A DNA stretch of 49,114 bases from Pseudomonadota bacterium (lineage in GTDB: Bacteria; Desulfobacterota; Desulfobulbia; Desulfobulbales; SURF-16). A program made the translations under genes and the position numbers. Below are positions 38,957 through 46,817 of the stretch, one piece after another. The stretch spans positions 1 through 49,114 of the forward strand of contig JAUVQZ010000001.1 in the NCBI GenBank assembly GCA_030597865.1, read 5' to 3'. Under the pieces are notes generated by a model. That model saw only the letters and a program-made list of their open reading frames with translations. It was not told the DNA's origin and did no database searches. Numbering within the stretch: position 1 is the first letter of the stretch; each line of letters begins with the position of its first letter.

Positions 38957-40552
38957 ATGACCACGTTATCGATATACGACACAACCCTGCGCGATGGCAC
39001 CCAGGCCGAAAATTTCAACCTCTCTGTTGAGGACAAGGTCAGGGTCACCATGAAGCTCGATGAGCTTGGTGTTGACTTTGTGGAGGGGGGCTGGCCTGGC
39101 GCCAACCCAGCATCTTCAGAGTATTTTAAAGAGATCAGGAATTATGACCTGGGCCACACCAAGGTTGCGGCCTTTGGCTCCACCCGTAATTTCAAAAACA
39201 GCGCGGCAAGCGATGCCAATCTCCAGGCCCTCATCGAGGCCAAGACCCCTGCCATTACAATTTTCGGCAAGACCTGGGATATCCATGTCCGCGACGCCCT
39301 GCACATCGAGCTCAACGATAACCTGGTCATTATTGAAGATTCCCTGCGTTATCTTCGGCCCCATGTTGAGCATCTCTTCTATGACGCTGAACATTTCTTT
39401 GACGGCTTTAAGGCCAACAAGGAGTATGCCCTGGCCACCATTGACAGGGCTGTTGCCGGTGGCGCTGACGCCCTGATCCTCTGTGATACCAACGGCGGCA
39501 CCCTGCCCACAGAGATTCCAGATATCATGGCCCAGCTCAAAGAGCATCTGGCAAAACAGGGCAGCAAGGTGGAACTCGGTATCCATGCCCATAACGATTC
39601 TGAAACCGCGGTGGGAAATTCCCTGGTTGCCCTTTCCTGCGGCGCCACCCAGGTCCAGGGCACGATGAACGGGTATGGCGAGCGATGCGGTAATGCCAAC
39701 CTGACCTCCATAATCCCGGCCCTGGCCCTGAAGATGAAGTACGAGTTTAAGGCGGCCCAAAAATTGGCCCAGCTGAGCGAGGTCTCGCGCTATGTTAATG
39801 AGCTGGCGAACCTTGCCCATAATCGCTACCAGCCTTACGTGGGCTCCTCCGCCTTTGCCCACAAGGGTGGGATCCATGTCAGTGCGGTGCAGAAAAACCC
39901 CCTGACCTACGAGCATATTGAGCCGGAAAAGGTGGGCAATGTCCGCCGGATCCTGATCTCTGATCAATCAGGCCGTTCAAATGTCCTGCACAAGGCCAAG
40001 CAATTCGGGATCAATATCGAGAGCAAGGACCCGGTGATCACGTCCATCCTCAAGGACCTGAAAGAGCTTGAGAAGCAGGGCTTTCAATTTGAGGGTGCCG
40101 AGGCCTCCTTTGAGCTTCTCATGCGCCGTGCCCTTGGCACCCAGCGCCGTTATTTCGACCTGAAAGGCTTCCGGGTAATTAACCAGAAAAACAACCAGGA
40201 TGAGGCGGTGAGCGCCGAGGCCACCATACTCCTTGAGGTGGGGGGCGAAATGGTCCACACCGCCTCCCTTGGTGAGGGTCCGGTGAACGCCCTGGATAAT
40301 GCCCTGCGTAAGGCCCTGACCACCTTTTATCCAAACTTGAAGGATATGTGGCTTAACGACTATAGGGTTCGGGTATTGGCCAGCGAACATGGCACCGGTG
40401 CCCGGGTTCGCGTCTTGATTGAGTCCTCGGACAAGGCAAGCCAGTGGGGGACGGTGGGTGTTTCCCATGACATCCTGGAGGCGAGCTGGCAGGCCCTGGT
40501 GGACAGCATCACCTATAAGCTGATGAAGGATGAGATAAAGAAAAACCCCTGA
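38957..40552 (+). CDS. cimA: (R)-citramalate synthase (2-isopropylmalate synthase family, CimA type)
   Basis: IYDTTLRDGTQAENFNLSVEDKVRV and HAHNDSETAVGNSL, with a ~530-aa length and LeuA-dimer-like C-terminus as in the Geobacter-type CimA. Confidence 0.85.
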   Translation: MTTLSIYDTTLRDGTQAENFNLSVEDKVRVTMKLDELGVDFVEGGWPGANPASSEYFKEIRNYDLGHTKVAAFGSTRNFKNSAASDANLQALIEAKTPAITIFGKTWDIHVRDALHIELNDNLVIIEDSLRYLRPHVEHLFYDAEHFFDGFKANKEYALATIDRAVAGGADALILCDTNGGTLPTEIPDIMAQLKEHLAKQGSKVELGIHAHNDSETAVGNSLVALSCGATQVQGTMNGYGERCGNANLTSIIPALALKMKYEFKAAQKLAQLSEVSRYVNELANLAHNRYQPYVGSSAFAHKGGIHVSAVQKNPLTYEHIEPEKVGNVRRILISDQSGRSNVLHKAKQFGINIESKDPVITSILKDLKELEKQGFQFEGAEASFELLMRRALGTQRRYFDLKGFRVINQKNNQDEAVSAEATILLEVGGEMVHTASLGEGPVNALDNALRKALTTFYPNLKDMWLNDYRVRVLASEHGTGARVRVLIESSDKASQWGTVGVSHDILEASWQALVDSITYKLMKDEIKKNP

Positions 40553-40567
40553 TTACGGCTTTGTACA

Positions 40568-40601
40568 AACGGGTCGCTTTTTTAAGCGGCCCGTTTTTTT
40601 T
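40568..40601 (+). terminator. Rho-independent terminator after cimA
   Basis: 11-bp stem aacgggtcgct / agcggcccgtt (one mismatch) followed by a run of T (40594-40601). Confidence 0.75.
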
Positions 40602-40626
40602 GCATCATTCAAGACCCTGGCATCCC

Positions 40627-40986
40627 ATGGAAAGCAGGTCGCAAAAGCCCTTTGCCCTTATCCTCGTACTGGGGCTCCTCATCCTTTGCCCCCAGCTCTA
40701 CCACCTCTCAAGGCGGCAGGAGCCTCCCCCCGCAACATCCCAGAGCAACGAACAGTTGTCACAGGTGGCCAAGCAGCTCCCCCATCTTCTCTTTCTGTCA
40801 ATTTCCATTAATGCAGCAGATGCCAAACAGCTCGGTGTCATTCCCGGCATAGGGCCGGAATTATCCCGCCGGATTGTTGCCTATCGCAGCGCGCACGGCC
40901 CCTTTCGTACCCTGGACGAGCTGGACAGGGTGCGAGGTATTGGCCCGCGCAAGCTGGCGAGCCTAAAGGCGTATTGCCAGCCCTAA
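40627..40986 (+). CDS. comEA: ComEA-family helix-hairpin-helix DNA-binding protein
   Basis: INAADAKQLGVIPGIGPELSRRIVAYRSAHGPFRTLDELDRVRGIGPRKL is the ComEA HhH signature. Start moved to the ATG at 40627, because the track start lies inside the cimA terminator. N-terminal TM. Confidence 0.85.
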   Translation: MESRSQKPFALILVLGLLILCPQLYHLSRRQEPPPATSQSNEQLSQVAKQLPHLLFLSISINAADAKQLGVIPGIGPELSRRIVAYRSAHGPFRTLDELDRVRGIGPRKLASLKAYCQP

Positions 40987-40991
40987 AAAAC

Positions 40992-42104
40992 CTAGCCCTT
41001 ATCATCCAGAAGCAAATTCAGGGTGGCAGTGCCGTTATCTCCACCCTGGCACGCGATGAGGTTGCGCAGCTTCTCCAGGGCCGATCCGTTGGCAATGGCC
41101 TCCTTGGCAAGCACAGTTGCCCTTTTCAGGTCCCTCTCCACACCGTGCACCCTGAGTGCGCAGGCCGCATTGACAGCAAAGAGGTCAGCCAGGGGCGTGT
41201 CAGTCTGGCCCTTGAGCACCTCTAAAACCGCCTCCACATTGCCCCGGGCATCCTTGCGGCTGGCAACATCCCCATAGCTGGACAGCTTGACCCCAAAATC
41301 AGAGGGGGTGAGGGTGTAGGTCTCAACTTCACCATCAGCAAGCTCAACCACCCTGGTTGGCCCACAGACCGAGACCTCATCAATGCCAAGGGCACTGTCA
41401 TGCTTATCGCTCATCCCATAGGGGCTCATCACCGCCTTCATGCCGGTATCCTTAAGGATGGAGACCATCTGCGGGCAGATATTGGCAGCATAGGCCCCAA
41501 TGACAATAGAGGTGGTTTTGGCGCAGGGCTTGGTCAGGGGGCCGATGATGTTAAAGGTTGAGGTGAAGCGCATGGAGAGGATGAGACGGGCCCAGCCTGA
41601 TTGCAGAAAAATTTCCCCTGGCAGATAACAGATACCGTGTTGCTCCAGGGAATCCTGGGCCGCAGAAAGTGGACCCTGGAGCGAAAATCCCATAATTTCC
41701 ATAATATCAGTGGCGCCTGATACGCCGGTGACCAGCCGGGCCCCCTTTTTGGCGATTTTGACGCCGCAGGCAGCGGCAATAAAGGAGGCCGGGGTGGAGA
41801 CATTCACCGTTTTCAGGGCGTCTGATCCAGTACCAACTATATCGCAGCAATCATCGGCAAAATCAGGGCTAATCGTGGCGGTATCATACTCATAGAGGGC
41901 GTCCCATACGCCGCATAATTCCTTGGTAGTGGGGCCTTTTGCCAGGTGAGCGGCCAAAAAAGCGCCCTGCTGAAGTTCGGGCTGGATATTGAGGATGATC
42001 TGCCGGTATGCCTCCTTGCTTTGCAGCCGGGACATATCTATCCGGTCAATAAGGGCTGTTGTTAGCTTGCCAAATTGTCGTAACTCTTCTTCTGTACACT
42101 GCAT
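40992..42104 (-). CDS. Divergent glycosyltransferase-family-3 protein (TrpD / nucleoside-phosphorylase-II fold), not a canonical anthranilate PRTase
   Basis: DIVGTGSD...NVSTPASFIAAACGVKIAKKGARLVTGVSGATDIMEIMG aligns by eye to the TrpD core (GTGGD...ST...KHGNR...GS.D.LE.LG) but with substitutions at signature positions. Confidence 0.7.
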   Translation of the reverse strand: MQCTEEELRQFGKLTTALIDRIDMSRLQSKEAYRQIILNIQPELQQGAFLAAHLAKGPTTKELCGVWDALYEYDTATISPDFADDCCDIVGTGSDALKTVNVSTPASFIAAACGVKIAKKGARLVTGVSGATDIMEIMGFSLQGPLSAAQDSLEQHGICYLPGEIFLQSGWARLILSMRFTSTFNIIGPLTKPCAKTTSIVIGAYAANICPQMVSILKDTGMKAVMSPYGMSDKHDSALGIDEVSVCGPTRVVELADGEVETYTLTPSDFGVKLSSYGDVASRKDARGNVEAVLEVLKGQTDTPLADLFAVNAACALRVHGVERDLKRATVLAKEAIANGSALEKLRNLIACQGGDNGTATLNLLLDDKG

Positions 42105-42109
42105 GGCGA

Positions 42110-43096
42110 TTATCCTTTGGGGTCTGGGGCTATAATGGTCTTGTAATCGTTATGGGTCGTCTTTCTGGCCAGCTCTTCTCCAAGCTCAGCAAGGGGCAGG
42201 GTGCTGGTAAGCAGGTCATCAACAGGGAGCCGGTCTTCGGCCAGGAGGTCGATGGCCGCTGCCATGTCTTGAGGGGTACAGCCATAGGAGCCGGTGATGG
42301 TCTGCTCCATTCTGTGGAGATGATTATGGTCTATCGCCAATTCATTCACCCTGTCCGGCAGGCCAGAGAAAAGGAGTATGGTGCCACCCGGTTCCAGCAG
42401 ATCCAGGGCTGAATGTACGGCATCAACACTGGAACAGGCGATAAATATCAGGTTTGCCGCCCCTGGCTTGTCAACCGCAAAGGCTGGAGCTGGAGGGCTG
42501 CCCAGGCGTAATGGGTTGATGTCATAGAGCATAATCTCTTTCTCAGGCCACAGGCAGGAGGCTGCCCGGGCTGCCAGAATGCCCATAAGGCCGGCCCCAT
42601 GGATCATGATCCTTTCCGGCACCCCCTGCACCCTGCCAAGGCCATGAAGCACACAGCCCAGCGGCTCTGCGAAAACTGCCTTGGAGCAGGGAAGGGCAGG
42701 GGGAAGAGGCAGGACTATAACCTTCTGCCAAAGATGGCAAGGCACATGGAGGGTGTCACTGAAGCCACCATCAAGGTGGAGGCCAAAGAGGTGCAGGTTG
42801 TCACAGAGATTGGCACGGTTTGAACGGCAAAAAACACAGGCTCCGCATGCAACAGCAGGCCACAGGACAACCCTGGAGCCTTTTTTTAGGTGACCAAGAT
42901 CAGCAACAAGCGTTCCGGCGCACTCATGGCCAAGGACCCTGGGCAACTGCATAGTGGACGGTGGCCCGGCAAAGACCTTCCTGTCTGTTGCACAGATACC
43001 GCAGGCCTCAACCTCAAGCAGAGGTTTACTGTCTATCCCATTGATAACATGTGTCAATTCGACACTTCCACCTTTGCGCAAGAGTGCTGAGCGCAC
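42110..43096 (-). CDS. Zinc-dependent medium-chain dehydrogenase/reductase (alcohol/threonine/sorbitol dehydrogenase-like)
   Basis: Catalytic-zinc context EACGICATDRKVF...GHECAGT and a structural-zinc Cys cluster CGACVFCRSNRANLC. The GTG start directly follows the upstream TAG stop. Confidence 0.8.
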   Translation of the reverse strand: MRSALLRKGGSVELTHVINGIDSKPLLEVEACGICATDRKVFAGPPSTMQLPRVLGHECAGTLVADLGHLKKGSRVVLWPAVACGACVFCRSNRANLCDNLHLFGLHLDGGFSDTLHVPCHLWQKVIVLPLPPALPCSKAVFAEPLGCVLHGLGRVQGVPERIMIHGAGLMGILAARAASCLWPEKEIMLYDINPLRLGSPPAPAFAVDKPGAANLIFIACSSVDAVHSALDLLEPGGTILLFSGLPDRVNELAIDHNHLHRMEQTITGSYGCTPQDMAAAIDLLAEDRLPVDDLLTSTLPLAELGEELARKTTHNDYKTIIAPDPKG

Positions 43097-43741
43097 CTAC
43101 AATCCCTGGACAAATTCCGCCATGTCTCGGCGTATTTTCTGATACTGCTGCTGGCTCAAACCAGCACCACGGGCCACGGTTTCAGCCATCTGGCTGGTAA
43201 GAAAGTCCCCTGGGCCATGGGCATCGGCATTAACCGCAAGCCTGGCGCCATACTTTAGGGCCAGGCTTGCCACGTGACCATTGGTCAGGCTATGTCCCTT
43301 ACGACCTGAAAGCTCCAGAAAGATGCCTTTTTCAGCAGCAAGCCTAACATCATCCTCACTGATCATCCCCGGGTGGGCCAAAACGTCAATATCTGCCTCC
43401 AGTGAGGCCCGGTTGGTGCCAGGAAGGACCGGCTCAACCACGGTTTCACCATGGGCGACCACAACCTGGGCGCCAAGGGCACGGGCCTTGCCGGCCAGCT
43501 CAGCGATCAGGCCAGGGGGAACATGGGTCAGCTCAATGCCAGCCAGTAAGCGGGTGGCCGAATGGGGGTTGAGATCCTGGGCGGCCTGGGCAATGCGCGG
43601 GATAATGAAATCCATGTTTGAGGAGTCAGCGTGGTCGGTTATGGCAATTGCCTCATAACCAAGCACCTCAACCCGACGCAGATGTTCAGCCGGGACCAGT
43701 TCGCCGTCACTGAAAAAACAATGGGTGTGCAGGTCAATCAT
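43097..43741 (-). CDS. PHP-domain phosphoesterase (histidinol-phosphatase-like fold)
   Basis: MIDLHTHCFFSDG...AITDHAD...VAHGE...NADAH give the His/Asp metal-ligand pattern of the PHP family. 214 aa. Its ATG overlaps the miaB stop (ATGATTGA). Confidence 0.8.
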   Translation of the reverse strand: MIDLHTHCFFSDGELVPAEHLRRVEVLGYEAIAITDHADSSNMDFIIPRIAQAAQDLNPHSATRLLAGIELTHVPPGLIAELAGKARALGAQVVVAHGETVVEPVLPGTNRASLEADIDVLAHPGMISEDDVRLAAEKGIFLELSGRKGHSLTNGHVASLALKYGARLAVNADAHGPGDFLTSQMAETVARGAGLSQQQYQKIRRDMAEFVQGL

Positions 43742-45128
43742 TTTTCACCTTCTCTTTGTTAAGCTCTGCCCGCAGGGAATTAAGGCAGCCCTCTGTGATC
43801 GTAACGTGTTCCAGGTCGCCAGGGCTATAGCTGGCAGGGCTGTGGAAATTGACAATAAGATTATGGCTGCTCCGGCCACTCCACTGACCATTGCCCATCT
43901 TACTCATCCCCTCAATCATCACCTCCAGGGTTCTACCGACAAACTCCTGATAACGCTCTCCGGTGATTTCCCTCTGCCTGTTTTGAAAGATGGCCAACCG
44001 TTCGACCTTCTCCTCATCGCTGACCGTGTCCTCAAAATCGCATGATTTGGCAGGGGGACGGCTCGAATATTTAAAGGAAAAGGCAGAGTCGTAACGCACC
44101 TTCTCCATCAAATCCATGGTGGCCTGGAAATCGGCCGCTGTTTCCCCGGGGAAACCAACGATAATATCGGTGGTCAGGCTGATATCTGGACAGGCCTGAC
44201 GCAGCCCTGCAACCTGGGCCATATACTCTTCCACCGTGTATCTGCGATTCATTGCCCTAAGGACCGCATTGGAACCTGACTGGACCGGCAGGTGAAAATG
44301 GTGGCAGAGGTTGTCAAGGTCCTGAAAACAGGCCATCAGGGCAGGGGAGAGGTCCTTGGGGTTTGAGGTGGTAAAACGGAGGCGAACCAGACCGGGCACA
44401 GCCGCCACCTGGCGCAGCAGCTCGGGGAAGCTGGTGCGCTCTTCCTGGGGCTGGTCATTGCCGTAGGAGTTGACATTCTGGCCAAGGAGGGTGATTTCGC
44501 GGACGCCACTGGCCACCAAATGACGAACCTCGGCCAGGATGTCTGACCGACGACGACTGACCTCTTGTCCCCGGGTGTAGGGCACAATGCAGTAGGTGCA
44601 GTAATTATTACAGCCCTGCATGATGGTAACAAAACGTTTATGGGGCAGGCCGTGCTTGAGGGATGGCAAAAAGGAGGGGATGGTAAAATCCTTGCTCTGG
44701 GTGGTGGAAATGATGCCCTTACGTTCATTGGCGACCTGCTGAAAGAGGTCGGGCAATTGATAGATGGACTGGGGGCCGAGGATGATATCCACATGGGGCA
44801 TGCGGACCTTCATCTTCTGGCCCTCCTGCTGGGCTACGCACCCTGCCACGGCAATGATGAGGTCAGGGTTGTCCTCTTTTAAACGGCGCAAAGAGCCGAT
44901 AAAGCTGTAGGCCTTTTGTTCGGCCTTGCCGCGAATGGAGCAGGTGTTGACGATCACCGCCTCAGCAGAGGCCAGATCATTACTGAGCAGATAACCGTTC
45001 TGCTCGAGAAGCTGCAGCATGATCTCTGAATCACGGGTATTCATCTGACAACCGATGGTTTCTATAAAGAGATTTTTCAACAAATCACCCAACCAGGCAA
45101 GATATACGTAAAAACAACATGTTGACAA
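43734..45128 (-). CDS. miaB: tRNA-i6A37 methylthiotransferase (radical SAM)
   Basis: FIETIGCQMNTRDSE (UPF0004 N-domain), CNNYCTYCIVPYTRG (radical-SAM CxxxCxxC) and a C-terminal TRAM-like region. The start is uncertain: TTG at 45128 in the track, or TTG at 45080, which gives the family-typical MKNLFIETIGCQMN. Confidence 0.9.
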   Translation of the reverse strand: MSTCCFYVYLAWLGDLLKNLFIETIGCQMNTRDSEIMLQLLEQNGYLLSNDLASAEAVIVNTCSIRGKAEQKAYSFIGSLRRLKEDNPDLIIAVAGCVAQQEGQKMKVRMPHVDIILGPQSIYQLPDLFQQVANERKGIISTTQSKDFTIPSFLPSLKHGLPHKRFVTIMQGCNNYCTYCIVPYTRGQEVSRRRSDILAEVRHLVASGVREITLLGQNVNSYGNDQPQEERTSFPELLRQVAAVPGLVRLRFTTSNPKDLSPALMACFQDLDNLCHHFHLPVQSGSNAVLRAMNRRYTVEEYMAQVAGLRQACPDISLTTDIIVGFPGETAADFQATMDLMEKVRYDSAFSFKYSSRPPAKSCDFEDTVSDEEKVERLAIFQNRQREITGERYQEFVGRTLEVMIEGMSKMGNGQWSGRSSHNLIVNFHSPASYSPGDLEHVTITEGCLNSLRAELNKEKVKND

Positions 45129-45151
45129 ATAACCTCATGTGATACATGAGG

Positions 45152-45367
45152 TTATTTAAGGCTGCCGCAAACAGCAAGGGACGATAGAAGTCTGGTAACG
45201 TCCCCACCACACTCAGGGGCGAAACGAATCAGGACCAGGCCATTACGGGGCTCAACAACGGAGAGCATGGCAAGGCCGTCATAGGCCTCAAGAATGAACT
45301 TGAGAAAATGAATCCTGCTGCGGTTAATTCGCAGGTGGAGCTCAGCTGTTCGTCGCGTTAGGGCCAT
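45152..45367 (-). CDS. Small conserved-looking protein between purB and miaB (DUF4911-like by recollection)
   Basis: ATG at 45367, 4 nt after the purB stop: MALTRRTAELHLRINRSRIHFLKFILEAYDGLAMLSVVEPRNGLVLIRFAPECGGDV... The first 45 codons of the 116-aa track ORF overlap the purB 3' end and are probably not translated. Confidence 0.6.
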   Translation of the reverse strand: MALTRRTAELHLRINRSRIHFLKFILEAYDGLAMLSVVEPRNGLVLIRFAPECGGDVTRLLSSLAVCGSLK

Positions 45368-45371
45368 AAGG

Positions 45372-46817
45372 TTACACGGAAAGGGCGCTATCCATGGAGC
45401 CAAGGAGATCTTTATAGTGGCCGAGGCGGACATCAACAACCTCAGCGAGATACTCCTCAGTCTGCTCAGGGGCACGACCGACAAACTCACTGCCGTCACC
45501 AACCATGGCGTTTAACTCATCCGTTGTAAAGGGGATGCTGTCATCATCGCCCAGGCGGGAGAGAAGATCATTTGCCACGCCGTCATTTTTAACCGCTAGA
45601 CCGGCGGCAATAGAATGAACCTTGACCACCTCATGCATCTCCTGACGACTCTTACCCATCTCAACACACTCCATGAGGATCTTCTCGGTGGCCATAAAGG
45701 GCAGCTCCTGCTGGAGATGACGCTGGATCTGGGCGGGATAGACGACCATGTCTGAGGTGATATTGAGATAGAGCTTCATGATGGCGTCTGTCAGTAAAAA
45801 TGCCTGGGGGACATCCATCCGCCGGATGGCAGAGTCATCAAGGGTGCGCTCAAACCATTGATTGCTGTAGGTTGCCGCAAAATCAGCAGGCAGGCCCATA
45901 AGCTTTCTGGCCAGACCGGTCATCCGCTCTGAGCGCATTGGGTTACGCTTATAGGCCATGGCAGAGCTACCAACCTGATTCTTAGCAAAAGGCTCTTCCT
46001 GAACCTTGAGGTTGGAAAGAAGGCGCATATCCACGGCAAACTTGTGGGCGGAAGCGCCGAGACCGGCCAAGGTCTCAGCGGTTTTCATGTCGAGCTTACG
46101 GGTATACGTCTGGCCAGTGACCGCAAAAAGGTCGGAAAAACCGAGCTTTGCAGCAACAAGCTCATCAAGCTTGCGAACCTTATCATGGTCACCCTTATAG
46201 AGTTCAATAAAGGTTGCCTGGGTGCCAACCGTGCCCTTGGCGCCCCTGGCCTTGATCTGCACCTCAAGATGCTCAATATAGTCGAGGTCCATGATAAGAT
46301 CTTGAATATACAAGGTATTTCGCTTGCCCACCGTGGTGGGCTGGGCAGGCTGATAATGGGTGTAGCCCAGGGTGGCAAGGTCCTTGTGCTTGCGGCAAAA
46401 GACTGAGAGGTTGGCCATAACGTTGACAAGGGCCTTTTTGATGAGCTTAAGGGCGTCACGTTGCACCATGAGGTCAGTGTTGCAGCCGACAAACTGACTG
46501 GTGGCGCCCAGGTGGATGATTGGCTCGGCAGTGGGGCATTGCTGGCCATAGGCGTAAACATGGGCCATGACATCATGACGTATCTCTTTTTCCTTGGCCT
46601 GGGCCACCTCAAAGTTGATGTCGTCCTTAAAGGCCCGTAACTCATCAAGCATCTTTTCAGTGATGATCTCCGTAAGCCCAAGTTCATGCTCAGCCTCGGC
46701 CAGGGCAATCCAGCAGCGCCGCCAGTTCTGAAATTTATTCTTTTCAGAGAAGATCCACTGCATCTCCGGACTGGTATAACGGCTGACCAGGGGCTCCTGG
46801 TAAACTTCATGATTCAT
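45372..46817 (-). CDS. purB: Adenylosuccinate lyase
   Basis: 481 aa. The fumarate-lyase superfamily signature GSSAMAYKRNPMRSE is present, with an N-terminus PLVSRYTSPEM typical of PurB. Confidence 0.95.
   Translation of the reverse strand: MNHEVYQEPLVSRYTSPEMQWIFSEKNKFQNWRRCWIALAEAEHELGLTEIITEKMLDELRAFKDDINFEVAQAKEKEIRHDVMAHVYAYGQQCPTAEPIIHLGATSQFVGCNTDLMVQRDALKLIKKALVNVMANLSVFCRKHKDLATLGYTHYQPAQPTTVGKRNTLYIQDLIMDLDYIEHLEVQIKARGAKGTVGTQATFIELYKGDHDKVRKLDELVAAKLGFSDLFAVTGQTYTRKLDMKTAETLAGLGASAHKFAVDMRLLSNLKVQEEPFAKNQVGSSAMAYKRNPMRSERMTGLARKLMGLPADFAATYSNQWFERTLDDSAIRRMDVPQAFLLTDAIMKLYLNITSDMVVYPAQIQRHLQQELPFMATEKILMECVEMGKSRQEMHEVVKVHSIAAGLAVKNDGVANDLLSRLGDDDSIPFTTDELNAMVGDGSEFVGRAPEQTEEYLAEVVDVRLGHYKDLLGSMDSALSV

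Noticed and set aside
39116-39967. 283-aa minus-strand ORF, plus smaller ones at 38506-39105 and 39977-40468
   Set aside because: These are antisense to ask and cimA, both unambiguous. The translations are low-information (Gly/Leu/Val/Asp runs), so they are shadow ORFs.
46085-46810. 241-aa same-strand alternate-frame ORF within purB
   Set aside because: The purB frame carries the fumarate-lyase signature and full-length homology pattern. The alternate frame is Ser/Pro/Arg-rich, typical of an off-frame reading.
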